Assembly: GCF_009914755.1 (NCBI RefSeq)
Contig: NC_060935.1
DNA from: the human T2T-CHM13v2.0 reference genome, Homo sapiens
Reading direction: 5' to 3' (one strand)
DNA: 64,000 bases
Below, piece by piece: positions 26,290 to 41,662 of this stretch. Every line of letters begins with the position of its first letter. Positions within the stretch are counted from its first letter, which is position 1. Made by a program: the position numbers and the translations under genes. Below the pieces are notes generated by a model. It saw only the letters and a list, made by a program, of their open reading frames with translations, ran no database searches and was not told the DNA's origin.

Positions 26290-27876
26290 GTAAGGAAAAA
26301 ATTCTCCTTTTTGTCACAATGGTCAGAAAGTCAACAAGTTAAAAAGAAACACAAGTCAATTGTTAGATCTATAACTAATGTAAAAATTAATAAGTTAGAT
26401 ATTCATCTATTCAAGCAAATATCTACTTTTTACATTAAAAAATAATATTATTTTTTAAAGGAACAAATTTCTGTTAATTTTGTTTAGATAGGCTGCCTTA
26501 GTAATTATATTTCATGTGCTATTTCCAGAAATAAGGTAACAAGCTCATTAAAATCAGTAAAATTTATTGACAGCATGCTATCATTGGCTACTAATAACTA
26601 ACCTATATTGGTGAGGTTTTGTTATTATCTTATAATGATATTTAATTATTTAAAATTTTGCATGTTCACATTTTTATGACATGTCAAGCTCCCAAGTACT
26701 CCAGAAATATATGATCCCTAGCACATTGAGTATTACTTGCTCTTAGGAGAAAAAAAAAAACAAAAAATCTTCTAGCCCCCAAATCTTCTCTAATTGGCTC
26801 TTCCTACTTATCCTCTCTTTGAGCACTTTCCACACTTCACAGTATCAGATGATTGTCAGTCCACTCCATTAGACTTTAAGCTTCTTAAGGACAAGGAGCA
26901 GGCCTATCATCTTTATTGTTATATCTGTGAACTTAGAGGGTATTTATTAAATGCCCAATGGATAAATGAATGAATGCGACCTACTAGCTTACTTCAATGG
27001 TTTCTTTGTATATACTTATTATTTTATGTTGCCTTAAATACTCCTTAAATAAGAGAACAGTATAAAATATGTAATATATTTAATATCATTAAATTAAAAT
27101 TAACATTATTATTAATAAATATGTATCACCTATATACTTTTTCTTTGTGGCCATTTTATAAAGTTGAACATCTGTCATATGACAAAAATATTCATACTAA
27201 AATATAGCTTGAATATTCTTTAAGAGTATTGAGTGTACTTAAAGATAGCAAGCCTAGAAAAGTGTGATATTCAGATCAGGAAGAAAATGTCACAATATTC
27301 ACAATTACCACCTGTACTCAGAATAGCTTCTTAAAGTCTCTTGACATGTGTCATTTTCACCCAGTACCCTTTTTTCCCACCTATGGTTTCTAAAATAATC
27401 AACCATTAAATAAAAATATATTAAGAGGTGGTGCCCAAACTAAAAAACAAGACAGGGAAGGAAAGAAAAAAAAAAAAAGACAATGAAATGCAAGATGAAG
27501 TGTTAAATCAGAAAGGGGTTGCCACATTAAGAAAAATAAGATTGTGAAATTTGCAAGAGTTGGACAGGGGTTGAAAAGTATGATATATGACAGTGGGGTA
27601 AAAATAAGACAGTTGGGAGGAAAGAAGTGAAAACAAAGTGAACAAATTAGACAAGCCACTCATTTTAAATCCTTAAAAGACTGTAGCTCACTGTCAATAC
27701 ACAAGATGTGTCAGAGCTAGCATATCTATTTTTATACTTCTCAGGTTTTTTTTCTTGTGTGCTTTAAAAGTATAAAATGGTATTTGCTTTTAAAAAGATC
27801 AATTTTAGATTTCCAATTTGCTTCAGTTTGATATAGGCAAGAATATACAATGTGAATTTTTCATCTTCCTCCATAG

Positions 27877-28045
27877 TGCACTGCAGTGTCAAAAACCTCA
27901 AAAGTGGTTTGAATCATGTGCCATGAAAAAATACAAGAAGCACAGACTATGCACCCAGGTACCCTGCACCACAGGTCTCCACTGCAGTCACAAATCTGGC
28001 ATGGTAGACAGTGTGGTCCTCTCAATACTAGCCATTCTCTTTTAA
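27877..28045 (+). other. Candidate exon C
   Basis: Strong acceptor TTTTTCATCTTCCTCCATAG| followed by a GC-richer unique block; 3' boundary uncertain. Confidence 0.28.
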
Positions 28046-28073
28046 TTTTTTAAATGACTGAACTTTAAAGCTA

Positions 28074-28388
<315 letters not shown>

Positions 28389-29850
28389 AAAGTTACACAG
28401 TTTTATCCAAGACAACTTGGTACTTCTTCAAATTTATAACAGTAAGATAAAATCAAAAAAGAAAATCAAAAGGACATAGCCAGGCTCAAAACCAAGATAA
28501 CCAACATAAGAGACAAGAAGGGACTGAAGTTCTTGGACTACTGGTTCCAAAGTGTGGAAGCAGACAGAGTTTGTTGAGAGTTTGGGTCCTCTGCTCCATA
28601 TACGGAGAGGTTCAGTGAAGGCATTTCCCAGGAAAAGAGGCCAGGAAAAAACAAGAAAATAAAACCCAGCAGCTGACCCACTGTTTCGATATATGACTTT
28701 ATGGAAAGCTGAGGGGATGGATGGAGGGTGGTGGAAGGAAATAGAACATGTGACTGTTGGTCAGAAATTCCAACGTGCATTAAAAGGCTGGGTTCTGGAC
28801 TCCCTGGGAGGCAAGCAAAACAATTAAATAACTGCTGGACAGTGAAGGGTGAGCACAGAGGAAAGGAGGAGAGGAAAAATAACCAAAATTTTCACTTCGA
28901 TGAGACTGCAAACCAAAATGCCAAAGCAGATAAAAAAATAAAATGTCATGAAAGACAGCCAAAAAATTTTGAACAATGAAAGATGAATCAATCTAGATGA
29001 AATAAACATTATAGTATGCTGTAAGAGATAAATGAACAAATCAATTATTCATAAAGAACAAAAATAATAAAAAGGCAAAAATGAACCTGGAGCAAGTGGA
29101 TACTAAAAATAATCAATTACAAATAGTGAGAAAAGAAAAATATAGTATCCAGTCACCCCCTAGAACTGAGCACTTGCATTTTGACCAGAGTATCTGGAGC
29201 AGAGGGTTGCTGTGTTTCTGAGGTCATAGGGATAGTTTGCAGCCACTGGTTACAGACTGAGACACCTATATAACGGCTGCTCTAGATTCCTTATGTCATC
29301 CATTGTCATGAACTGATACGGCATCATCTTGGGACCTAGCCTAGGCTTCTCACTACTACCCAGGGGCTCCCCTGTTGATGTTGAGGTGTAGGATGCTGTA
29401 GGAACATGTTTGGTGTTCTCATGTATAATTCAGAAGTGTGGGAGAGTTGATGTCTCCTTCCACAAAAGATACCTGCCCCAACAGTTTCACAGGGTAGTTT
29501 TTATAAACCTATAAGGAATAGATCATTTATATATATATTTTCCAATGGTAAGAAAAATACTATTTTGAATAATAAAATTTTAGAAGCACTCATTCTATTA
29601 AAGACAAGATATCACTATCACTGCTTCTATTCAACATTACACTGGAATATTGACCCCATGCAACAAAACAAAAAATAAAAAATAAAATGTACGTCAGAAA
29701 ACTTGTAAAACTCTCCTTGTGTACAAATAATACAAATTCTACAATCAAGAGCATCTACAAGGACCAATAGTAATATTCAAAAAGTGTGGCCTTCTCATAT
29801 AACATTAATAAGCAACTGGAAATGTACTTATAATTTTTAAATTCAATTTT

Positions 29851-29987
29851 TAGTGTTTGCCAATTTCTGTGGTGCTTATTGCTCCTACCATGTCCAATTT
29901 CAAGGTATATGAATTGAATGCAGTGTTGGGAAGAGATGCACATAATTGGCTCTATGAGTACTATGAGCCAACCACAGCATGCCATTG
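29851..29987 (-). mobile_element. MER63-type hAT fragment within old L1 debris
   Basis: TTTGCCAATTTCTGTGGTG...GTTGGGAAGAGATGCACATAATTGGCTCT. Confidence 0.65.
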
Positions 29988-30350
29988 GTAGTACATATGC
30001 CAAATTTGGTGGATGAATAAAGTTTTACTTAGAGGGAAGTGAATAGCTTTAGATATGCTTATTAACATTAAGAATGAGCTAAAATAATTAATTTAAGTAT
30101 TCAATTCAAGAGGGTAGAAAAAGTACAACACCCCAAATATAAGGTGCCAAGGATAACAATAACATAAGATATGCAAGCCCTTTGTATATAAAGTGACAAA
30201 ATATTATTTAAGGACAAAAAAAGATAGCCTGAAAAAAAAAAAGGGATATACATTCCATATTCCTAGATAGGGAATTCCAATATCACAATATCTCCTGTTA
30301 AATGGGATTGGAATAGATTGAAAACTTTCATCAAAACAAAACAAATGATA

Positions 30351-30666
30351 GCCGGGGGCTCATGCCTGTAATCCCAGCACTTTGGGAGGCTGAGGCCCAC
30401 AGATGACTTGAGGTCAGGAGTTCGAGACCAGCCTGGCCAACATGGTGAAACCCTGTCTCTACAGAAACACAAAAATTAGCCAGGCATGGTGGCAGGAGCC
30501 TGTAACCCCAGGAACTCAGGAGGCTGAGGCAGGAGAATCGCTTGAACTCAGGAGGCGGAGGTTGCAGTGAGCCGAGATTGTGCCACTGCACTCTAGCCTG
30601 GGCAACACAGCAAGACTCCATCTCAAAAACAAAACAAAACAAGCAAACAAAAAACAAACAAAAAAT
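30351..30666 (+). mobile_element. AluS (Sx/Sz-like)
   Basis: Full dimer with (AAAAC)n tail. Confidence 0.95.
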
Positions 30667-30962
30667 TCAAATGGCTAATGGCTCAGTAAAAAGGCAGGAG
30701 AACCTAACATTTCTCTACTTTGTTGCAGACCCTTCAAATTCAGTCATGCCATTTCCAGTCTATATAAAGTAGAGTTGGCATTGACAATACTCTCAGTAGG
30801 CTTTGGATTCTGAGCCAATGGAATATCACTATAGGCACCTTCTTATCTATAAGAGTTTTCTCTTAATTCAGCAGACCTGTTAGTCACACTGTGAAACCTT
30901 CCTGCTGGAGGAATTCTGGGTAACAATATATAAGATAATCATATTATAGCTTGCTTTTCTAG

Positions 30963-31163
30963 AAGAGGCCTGAACAAACTACAACCTACAGACTAAATCC
31001 AGTCTGTTGCCTGTTTGTATAAATAAAGTTTTATTTACGTATTGTCTATAGGTCCTTGTATGGTACAACAGCAGAGATTAGTAGTTGAAACAGAGGCTGT
31101 ATGGTACACAAAGCCTAAAATATTACTATCCAAGCCTTTCCAGAAAAGAATTACAGACCCTTG
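30963..31163 (+). mobile_element. MER58A-type hAT-Charlie MITE
   Basis: CAAACTACAACCT...TTTGTATAAATAAAGTTTTATT...AAAGCCTAAAATATT..CAGACCCTTG. Confidence 0.75.
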
Positions 31164-31526
31164 GCCTAAAATATGACAAAATGTTGCCTATTAAATAAGC
31201 ATACTGTAAACATATTTAAGAAGTTAGGTTTGGCTGTCTAGGGTAATAATTGATAGTACTGCTGGGGTGATATTTCCAGAGTTAATGTTATTGGATCACA
31301 ATAAAGGAAAGGTACTTTGTCTGCTTCTTTTAAGTACAATTCTTATTCTTTTGACTAATAAAAGTAGAAATAGATCTTACAGGTTACTTGTGTAAGTGCC
31401 AATATTAATTCCATCATATGAGCTCCAATGGTATTTTAAAATCTATTAATAATTTATCCTCGTAAAGTTATGCATAGGTATTTCCAATCACTACCATTCA
31501 CCTTAGCCCTCTTAGCCTTAGCAACC

Positions 31527-31715
31527 TAGAGTTGTCAGATTTGCAAATAAAAATTTAAGGTGCCCATTTTATTTGAATTTTAAATAAACAATGAATAATT
31601 TTCAATATAAGTATGTCCCATGAAATATTGGAGACATACTTATGCTAAAAATTATTTGCTGTTTATCTGAATTTCAAATTTAACCGGCTGCCCTATAATT
31701 TATCTGGCAACCCTA
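31527..31715. mobile_element. MER53 palindromic MITE
   Basis: TAGAGTTGTCAGAT...ATCTGGCAACCCTA terminal inverted repeats; element largely self-complementary around ATAAGTATGTCCCA / GGAGACATACTTAT. Confidence 0.85.
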
Positions 31716-31739
31716 CTTCTATCTCAAAAGCTGAACCTT

Positions 31740-31795
31740 ACCTCATAAATATCTATACCTACTATGTACACATAAAAATTAAAAATTAAAAAATT
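31740..31795 (+). mobile_element. Extremely 5'-truncated L1 (3' terminal ~56 bp)
   Basis: CCTCATAAATATCTATACCTACTATGTACACATAAAAATTAAAAA; TSD AAAGCTGAA(C/A)CTT. Confidence 0.7.
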
Positions 31796-32181
31796 AAAGC
31801 TGAAACTTTCCCACCTATCACTGTCCCCAACGACCATGAACATTACTGCGATAGATGAGTTTTAGATGACTTTAACAGAATTTTTAAAATACTTTCCTCT
31901 ATCTTCAAGGCAAATGGATAAAGAATCATCAATGGATATTAAAACCAGTAGGTGAAAAGTTGATATGAAAATGAATATTTGCATAGTGCTCATAGATTAC
32001 TTGTGGTTAAAAAGGGAAAAGTATAACTTTACACCCTTACCTCAAAGCCCATTGCTGAGAGTGGGAGGAGGAGACAATACGTTCCTGGTGATGTCAGGCA
32101 AAGCGAAATACAAAGCATCAGCTGGGAATTATTCCTGCCAAAAATGTTTACCCTGAATCTATCCAACTCTTAAGATCATGA

Positions 32182-32517
<336 letters not shown>

Positions 32518-32879
32518 CAGGTCCATGGATTTCTAAGGCATCTGTGGAAAGAATTTCAGAGATTCAGACCTTCAATGGAGAAAAGATGAATTCCCTATTT
32601 ATTCTAACTTATTAAAATTTAACATGCCCTTCCATTATAAATGTAGACATCACATTACAATCAGTTTAGCAATACTTGGGACTTTCAATATGAGAAATCA
32701 CAGGTAATTTCATAAAACATTATAGTTGTATATATTTTTAATATTGTTTACACTCAACTTTGAAATAGAAACAGGGATGGGAGGCAGAGTTTTGTCTATC
32801 ACTAAAAATGTTGCAAATAACAAAATCCTACATTACAAAGATTTAGTACTACATATTTTTATATCTACTTTGGTGAAAG

Positions 32880-33065
32880 CCAGTATAGTATGACATACCT
32901 TCGGAAATTACTTAACCCTTATGTACCTATTTCCTCATTTGCACAATGAGATAATAATAGAACCTGTAAATGGGGTTGTTTTAAAGATTAAATGAGACAA
33001 CATATGTAAAAGTGCTTAGGCCTGTGGCTAGTACACAATAAGCAACATGAAATGTTTGTTATTAC
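32880..33065 (+). mobile_element. MIR
   Basis: TTACTTAACCCT..TTTCCTCATTTGCACAATGAGATAATAATAG..TTAAATGAGA..AAAAGTGCTTAG. Confidence 0.75.
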
Positions 33066-33299
33066 TAAAACTAAATATTATTCAGGTGATATTATAAATA
33101 TTATACTAAATATTATAAAGGTAAATTCTGATTATAAAACATACAAGACATAAAACCAAGTTAAGCAGAAGGGTGTCCATGTGTGTCTTCTTTGATGAAT
33201 TCTTTCTTCCCAACTGGTATTTGTGCCATAAATAAGTGTTGATTGAGTTATTCTGTTCCTAGCTAAAACAGGTAACCAAATGAGAACTATATCATCTTC

Positions 33300-34875
33300 T
33301 CTCCGCCCATTTTACCAGCACACCTGCATGTGTGCTCACAAACTCCATCCTTTTCCCTGTTACATCGGATGAACTGTCTATTCTCCTGAAATTATATAAT
33401 GGATCTTTTGCAATATCAGTTGTCCTCCTTTATCTGATTATTCATATTTAGCATGCAAACATGCCTTAATGTAAAATTCACTTTAAGGAACCCTCCCCTG
33501 GCCACTCAGCCCCTTCTATTTCTCTACTCTGCTTACCTCAACACTCTGAAAAAGTTGTCTATACTTCCTTTCTACTTTTTCCCATTCCCTTCAACTTACT
33601 CAAATCAGATTTTCATCCTCACCACACCGTCCAAAGTGTTCTTGGCAAGGTCACTAAAAACCAACATCTAGTCAAGGCCAATGGTAATTTTCCATTGTCT
33701 TCCCACTTTAATCATCAGCAGTATCTGATATGCTTCATCACTCCCTCCTTAAATATTTTCTTCTCTGAGTTTTGTGTCTTAACAACCACCTATTCCTTCT
33801 CAGCTTCCTTAGTTGATCCTTCTTTTACTCAGCCACTGGACATTGCAGAGTCTCAAGTTCTGGTATCTTTATTTTCTTTATCTATCCTCTCACCCTTGGT
33901 GATCTCAACCATTTCCATGGTTTTACTTACTATCTATATATTAATAGTTATATATTAAACTTGTATCTCTTACCCAGATCTCATTTCTGTCTGTTCAATT
34001 ACCTACTCAGCCTCTTGGTTTGACTACCTAATGGCAAACAATCTCCCCTTCACCCCAGTCTTCTTTATTCAGTAAATGGAGCCAATGTTTTTGGCTCAGG
34101 CTAACCCCAGAAGTAGGACACATCTTGCATTCTTGCCTTTCCCTCACACACAATATCCAATCCAATGGTAGATTCTTTCAGGACTATTTCCAAAATATAT
34201 CCTGAGTCTTATAATTCCTCATAATTTTCACTATAGAGTTCATGCAAATCAACTTCTACTGGATAAAATTCAACAGCCTCCACTCTTTGGAGGTTTGTCT
34301 GTCTCCGCTCATCCTACAATGCCTCCTCCACATACGAGTCAGCATTATCTTTCTCAAGCACACATTAGTTCATGTCACCTCCATGCTTAAAACTCCTCAA
34401 TACTTTCCAAGAGTAAAAAATAAACTCCTTACCATGCTCCACAAAGCTCTCTATGATCTGCATGTCCCCACCTCACCACCAGTCATCATACTCCAGTCCA
34501 ACAGCCTTATTCCTCTGCTCCTCAAATGCACCACTCTGTCCTACACCAGGGCCTTTGCAATTGCTTTTGCTTCTTCTGAGAAAGCTCTTCCCACAATAGG
34601 TTCACATGTCTGGATCTTTCTTATCATTCAGCTATCACCTCCTCAGAGACTGCCTTATCAACAAAAACCAAACCACTAGCCATTCTCTGAAAAAATGTCC
34701 TATTTCATGTTCTTGATAGCATCCAACAGCACCTGAAATTATCTTTTTTTTATGTTTTATTTTCTGCCCTACCCCTCAGCAAGCTCTTTAAGGCAGTAAC
34801 TCAGCCTTGTATGCGTGTACATTTCTCAATTCCTAGAGTGCTTGGCAGATAGTAGATACTCAAATAAATACATGC
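33300..34875 (+). mobile_element. Long L2 remnant
   Basis: Pyrimidine-rich L2 3' half: CAAGGTCAC..CAACATC, TCATGTCACCTCCATGCTTAAAACTCCTCAA, terminal TAGTAGATACTCAAATAAATA. Confidence 0.7.
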
Positions 34876-34879
34876 CATT

Positions 34880-35750
34880 GAACATGGAATTTGAGGGGTC
34901 AGGAGAACATGATGTTTAACGGATACTTGGAAATTCAGTCTGAATTTAAACAGGTACTAATTGTAGAAATACAAAATTTGCAGTCACTGACACAGAGGTA
35001 GGTATAGACACTACTGAAGCTACCCAGAAAGAAACAGTAGGAAAAGAAGTTAGAAGTGTCCTGGACTTAAACAAGTTAAGTACGTTCCCTCCGAGGTAAC
35101 ATACCTGGCAAAGGCAGGGAATGGTAGTGATTTCTAAAAAGGAGAACACAAGGAATAGTCTGAGAGGGGAAGTAAAACCAGAAGAGTTCACAAAAGCCAG
35201 GGAGAAGATGGCTTCCCAAATCAATTAAATAGTGTCAAATATTACAGAGTGGTTGAAGATGATAGAAAGCCAGTGATTTGAATAACTAGGGATCATTATT
35301 GCCCTTTTCCACCTTTAGTTAATTAACTGTATTTTGAAAATTAAAGAATAAACTCCAATGAAATAAAAAGTCCTGAAACATCTACAATGCATGGTTGACA
35401 TATCTCAGAGGGGCAGTTACTGCATAGCAGATTTCAGCCAGAGCTGATTGAGTCTGCAGAGTCTGAGTGAGGCAAAAGTCATTTAAGGGGTTGGACAATG
35501 ACTGAGTAGTAAGAAATTTAAGGCAGAGAATAAAAACTCCTCTTCTGAGTTGTTTACCAACAGAGAGGAATGCTGGAAAGGTATGTCAAGAGAGTAGAAG
35601 AATTGTGGAAAGACCTCTTCAAGCAAGGATAAAGGAACAAGCATGAACGGGAGAGAGGCCAATGCATAGAGAGAGATAAAGGAAAGTAAAAGAAAGAGGG
35701 ACAGTCAGTCCACCAGACACAATGAGATGATGTGGGACCAGAGAAAACAA
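34880..35750 (-). mobile_element. Degenerate L2 remnant, opposite strand
   Basis: Purine-rich; GTGTCAAATATTACAGAG..GTTGAAG..GATAGAAAG pattern of reverse L2. Confidence 0.45.
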
Positions 35751-36233
35751 ATGAATGGGGTTGGCCTTGCAACAACTAGAGTCATTTCTTCCTCCTTTCA
35801 CTTTCATTATTAATTGAATGAGCAAACATGCATGTCTACCAGTGTCTGCTACATGGGGGGTATCCGATAAATCCTAGTTTCTCCCCACATCCATGCCCAT
35901 ATATTTCTTACCATAAGTCAATCACCCTTCAAGTAGAATTTGGTGTGCCAGTTCCTCAGGCTGCCAGAGCTTTCTGGTTTTCTCTGCTTTTCTTGAATGA
36001 AGAAAGTCAGTGCCCTCCCACGCAAAGAGAAGGTAGTTCTTCCATAGCAAAACCTTTTACATGGCTGAAGACATTCTATGTCACTGACTATCAATTGTTC
36101 CCAGTTCCAGAAAGGTACTATACTCCTGTGTGAGTCCCAAAGTAGGTACGAAAGGAATGTTTATTGACTGAATGACTAATAGCATTTATAGCTAGCATTT
36201 ACTGAGCTCTTACTGTGGAGTTAAGAATGGACC

Positions 36234-36596
<363 letters not shown>

Positions 36597-37604
36597 TCAT
36601 ATATTAATTCATTAATACTAACCCTAAGATATCTTCATTCAATAAATAAAACCTTGAAGCACAAAGAGGATATCTTACTCACATTCACACGGTAAGAGGC
36701 ACCTCCGGATTCTACTGCCTCCTTGAATCCATGAATGGATAAATATCTCTATTACCCTGGAATCTATTCTTTTTCTATCTAGGCAAGCAAGTTTCATAAA
36801 TTCTGAAGGCGGCTATTTTGCAAGAGGCCAAACTTACTTGGTTGATCTCTGGACTACTTCAGAAAACATTTATGACTTTTACACTTGAGACAAAGGGACT
36901 GCTCTCATCTGTAGATGATCATCCACCATGACTTCATGAGCATATTCAAGACTCCATCTTTAGCAATCAGACTGAGCTTGGGGATCAGAGCTAGACTGTA
37001 TTTCTCACACTACATTATTCAAACTATCCTAACCATAAAATCTAACAATATGTAATAATTATGATGATAAAGCATATATGATGTCTCAACTGGCTATACT
37101 AGGATACACTCAATTTTCTATTTATTTAAGACCATATGTATTTATCAGAAACAAGTATTTGTATACACAATTGCACAACTGCATCCTCAAAATGCGTGAC
37201 TACTATCCACATGCCTACTACCTGAATTGCTTTTAATTATTTGCACTATCGCCCCATCCCACCTGCACTGTTTTAAGTTGTGAGGCCTAGGGATTTGAGA
37301 GTTAATTTCAATATGAGATGAATTAAACATGCTTCCTGAATCGAGATTACATGAGTTAATTACTTACAGACATGCCTAGATACTTTGTTCTTTAATCGGA
37401 AAAAATCCATATGGAATAATCATTTTCAGTATTTTTAAGGCCTCATGTATACAAGCTGTCAATGGTGCAGTTTTCCTTTCGTATTTTCTGCTACTCTACA
37501 TAATGTAGACTCTATAAGCAGTTATAGTTTACGTTCCATATAAGGTGTCATAGAATATCTAAACCTCCAGGTTAACTTACTGAGCTTTAAAAAAAAGCTA
37601 AGCA

Positions 37605-37915
<311 letters not shown>

Positions 37916-38129
37916 TTAAGTAATACCTTTTAAAGTTTTACAATGTAAATAAACGAATTAAATTTTATAGTAGTAATATAAATTTTTAAACTCCCAACAC
38001 AATTGCAAACATAAATTCTGTATGAATGAAAAATTTCACTGTAAAAAATAAATATACTAGAGGAAAAATATACCCTTACAATGCGAAAATTTTGTTTTTC
38101 CTGATTAAAAAAACCAAGAAACTATTTTT

Positions 38130-38740
38130 TTAAGTTTTAAGAGGTGATTAAGTAGAAATTTAACTGTTATATATCAAAACACACTAAAAAATGTATAAGA
38201 CAAAGGACAAATTTAGGGAGAAATGTATTACATTTTTATATAACAGGTAATTTAAACACACACCCCATAAGGAATGCTTACAATTCAATAAGAAAGATGA
38301 ACATAGCTAACTGGGCAAAGATATGAATGGGTGAATTATTAAAAAAATACAAGTGAACAATAAACCTACAGAAATATATGTAACTTCACTACTAATGAAT
38401 TAACAGATTTTTCAAATGAGATTTTTTTAAATCTATCAGGCTGACATGGGTGAACAAAAATGACGATGCAAGAAAACGGTATATTAATTTATCTTTGGAT
38501 ACAATGTAAATAGGCTCAAACTTCCTTTTAGCTATTAGGAAATATCTGGGGAAAAAATAAATCTGTATTTTTTTCAGTAATTCTAATTTTAGGAGTTCAT
38601 ATTCAGTATTACTAGCAAAAATATACAAAACTGTGTACAAGGACATTAACTGCAATGCAGCAATGCTCATTGTAATAGAAATTGGAAGAAACCTAAATGT
38701 CCATTAGTAGCTATATATAACTGTTATGTAAGATGTGGTA
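38130..38740 (+). mobile_element. Ancient L1 (L1ME-type) 3' fragment
   Basis: GGGCAAAGATATGAA..., GGAAGAAACCTAAATGTCCATTAGTAG. Confidence 0.6.
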
Positions 38741-38903
38741 AACCTGTGTACTACGTGAAGAAGAAATTCTCCTGGATGCCTCTGCCCTCCTAGGAGGAAG
38801 CTTTCTTCCTTCTCTCTGCTCCTCACTTGCTCTTCCTTATTAGATGATCCAGACATAGACATGTGCATTGGTGAAACTGTGTCATCTTCTATATAAAGCC
38901 CAG

Positions 38904-38904
<1 letters not shown>

Positions 38905-38950
<46 letters not shown>
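38905..38950 (+). repeat. (CT)n microsatellite, ~23 units
   Basis: Direct read. Confidence 0.97.
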
Positions 38951-38952
<2 letters not shown>

Positions 38953-39224
38953 TTTCTTTACCAGGGCAGTGGTTTGCTGTCCTCCAAGAAAGGCATGTGG
39001 CTCTTCAGTCACTTCACCCCAGTCTGGTTGGATATTTTCTATTCAGGGTCTATTTTCGCCTCATGTCAAAATGATCTTTTCAAATTTAGCCTTATCATTG
39101 GTAAGTAGAGACTGGATTTTAATTCCTGCCTGGCTCCTGAGTCTATTTATCAATTTGTTTAACATCTAAAGTAGGAGTATTAAATCCCCAAAGCTTAACA
39201 CAGGCATTAAAAGTGGTCACCTTC

Positions 39225-39612
<388 letters not shown>

Positions 39613-40936
39613 CTATTACTTGTTTAAAAAAGGGAGTATGTATCACTCATATTAGAGAAAAAGAAGTATTTATTTATATTGTTGAGTGTGTACACATGTA
39701 CATGTATCTACACATACATATATATATGAATATGCCTAGAAAATGTTATTAACAGCAATTATCTCTGGGGAATAGTTTTGGTGGGGGGGACTTCCATTTT
39801 ATAATTTATAAATTTCTGTAATTTTACAAAAGATCATTAATTCACTTATAGGATAATTGCTACATTTAAAAAAGATGGATAAAAACATTAATTCATTGTA
39901 AAAAGTTTTTTTTATCAAAATAAGGTGAATAGGTGACCACATGGGGCCTTGATTCTTTCTGTTGTACTGTTGCAAACAATATGTCTCCATAATTAGAAAT
40001 GTGTGCATATATAATCTCCCAGACTATTACAAAATACAGTCTTTATTTACCGAGATGAAAATCTTGGAACAAGGGTTAATACTTTACCTATATGAAACTT
40101 TAGTTGATAAGGTATAAAATTATGAACAACAATTTTTTGAAAACTACATTTCAAAATGTATAATGTAAAAGTAGATTTAAACATTTAAACTAATGGTAGA
40201 ATTTGATTTTAATTTTTTTTTAAGAGTCAAATTCACTCTGCTGCACACAGCAGGATCTAGAGGAATTATCAGTGGGCCTGAGATGGGTAAAATCCTCAGT
40301 GTGGTAGGGAGGGGAGGTGCCTCCTGACCACGCCCTCAATGAGCATTATGCAGATTAGAAAGAGCCAAACAGGCTCTGATTTCCCCCAAGGATTGATGAA
40401 CAAGTACAAAATAATAGGAAGTGACAGGAAACAGATGACTGAGGTCTAATTTAATGTCATTTGTAGAGACAATATACCTTAAATTGGTCTTTAGAAATTA
40501 CAGGTTACAAATAAGATAACAGAAATGTGTTTTTATCATTTTAATTCACTAATACAAGTTTCTTTGTCAAGGGAAAGAGATTATTTGTTCTATAATACAG
40601 ATAAATTTCAAATATATGTTAATTTAGGGTAATTTATGCTTCTTACCTTCAATAATTTAACTAACATAAGAAATAAATTACTATAAAAACTTCCATAATT
40701 AAATATAAAGGTGAAACTTAATATTTTTATATATTTAATATTTTAAAATATTCATGTCATATAAATCTAAGCAGGACATTTTAATAGTTACATATTAAAC
40801 TGATGTGTATATATAAATACAAGTGAGTCATTTCATCAAATCTATGTCTAAACTGGGTGAGAAGTCCCACATTTTAAAAATTAAACTTATCTAAAGCAAA
40901 TTCAAACATGTGTGAACAACTAAAATAGAAATTTCT

Positions 40937-41096
40937 TAGAAGTGCAGTGGCTCACACCTGTAGTCTCAGCAACTCGGAAGGCTGAGGCAGGAGGATCCCT
41001 TGAGCACAGGAGATTGAGGCTTGCCTGGGCAACATAGTGAGACCCAGTTCTCTAAAAATAAAATAAAATAAATAATTCATAAATAAATACATTTTA
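40937..41096 (+). mobile_element. Free left Alu monomer (FLAM)
   Basis: Monomer with (TAAAA)n tail; TSD AAAATA(A)GAAATTTCT. Confidence 0.9.
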
Positions 41097-41260
41097 AAAA
41101 TAAGAAATTTCTGTTGAAAAGTAATATAATGAGAGGTTATGACATGTGTATGTGTAGATAAGATACACATGCATGATATAGGTGTTTATGTCATGTGTAT
41201 ATCTATTTACAAAATCTCCAGTTAACCAAAATTGTAAATCTTTTGTTAGCCACCACTTAA

Positions 41261-41662
<402 letters not shown>

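Noticed and set aside
31740-31795. Short L1 tail as the missing end of the L1MA cut at 6200
   Set aside because: It has its own TSD and a different 3'-end type, so it is an independent insertion.
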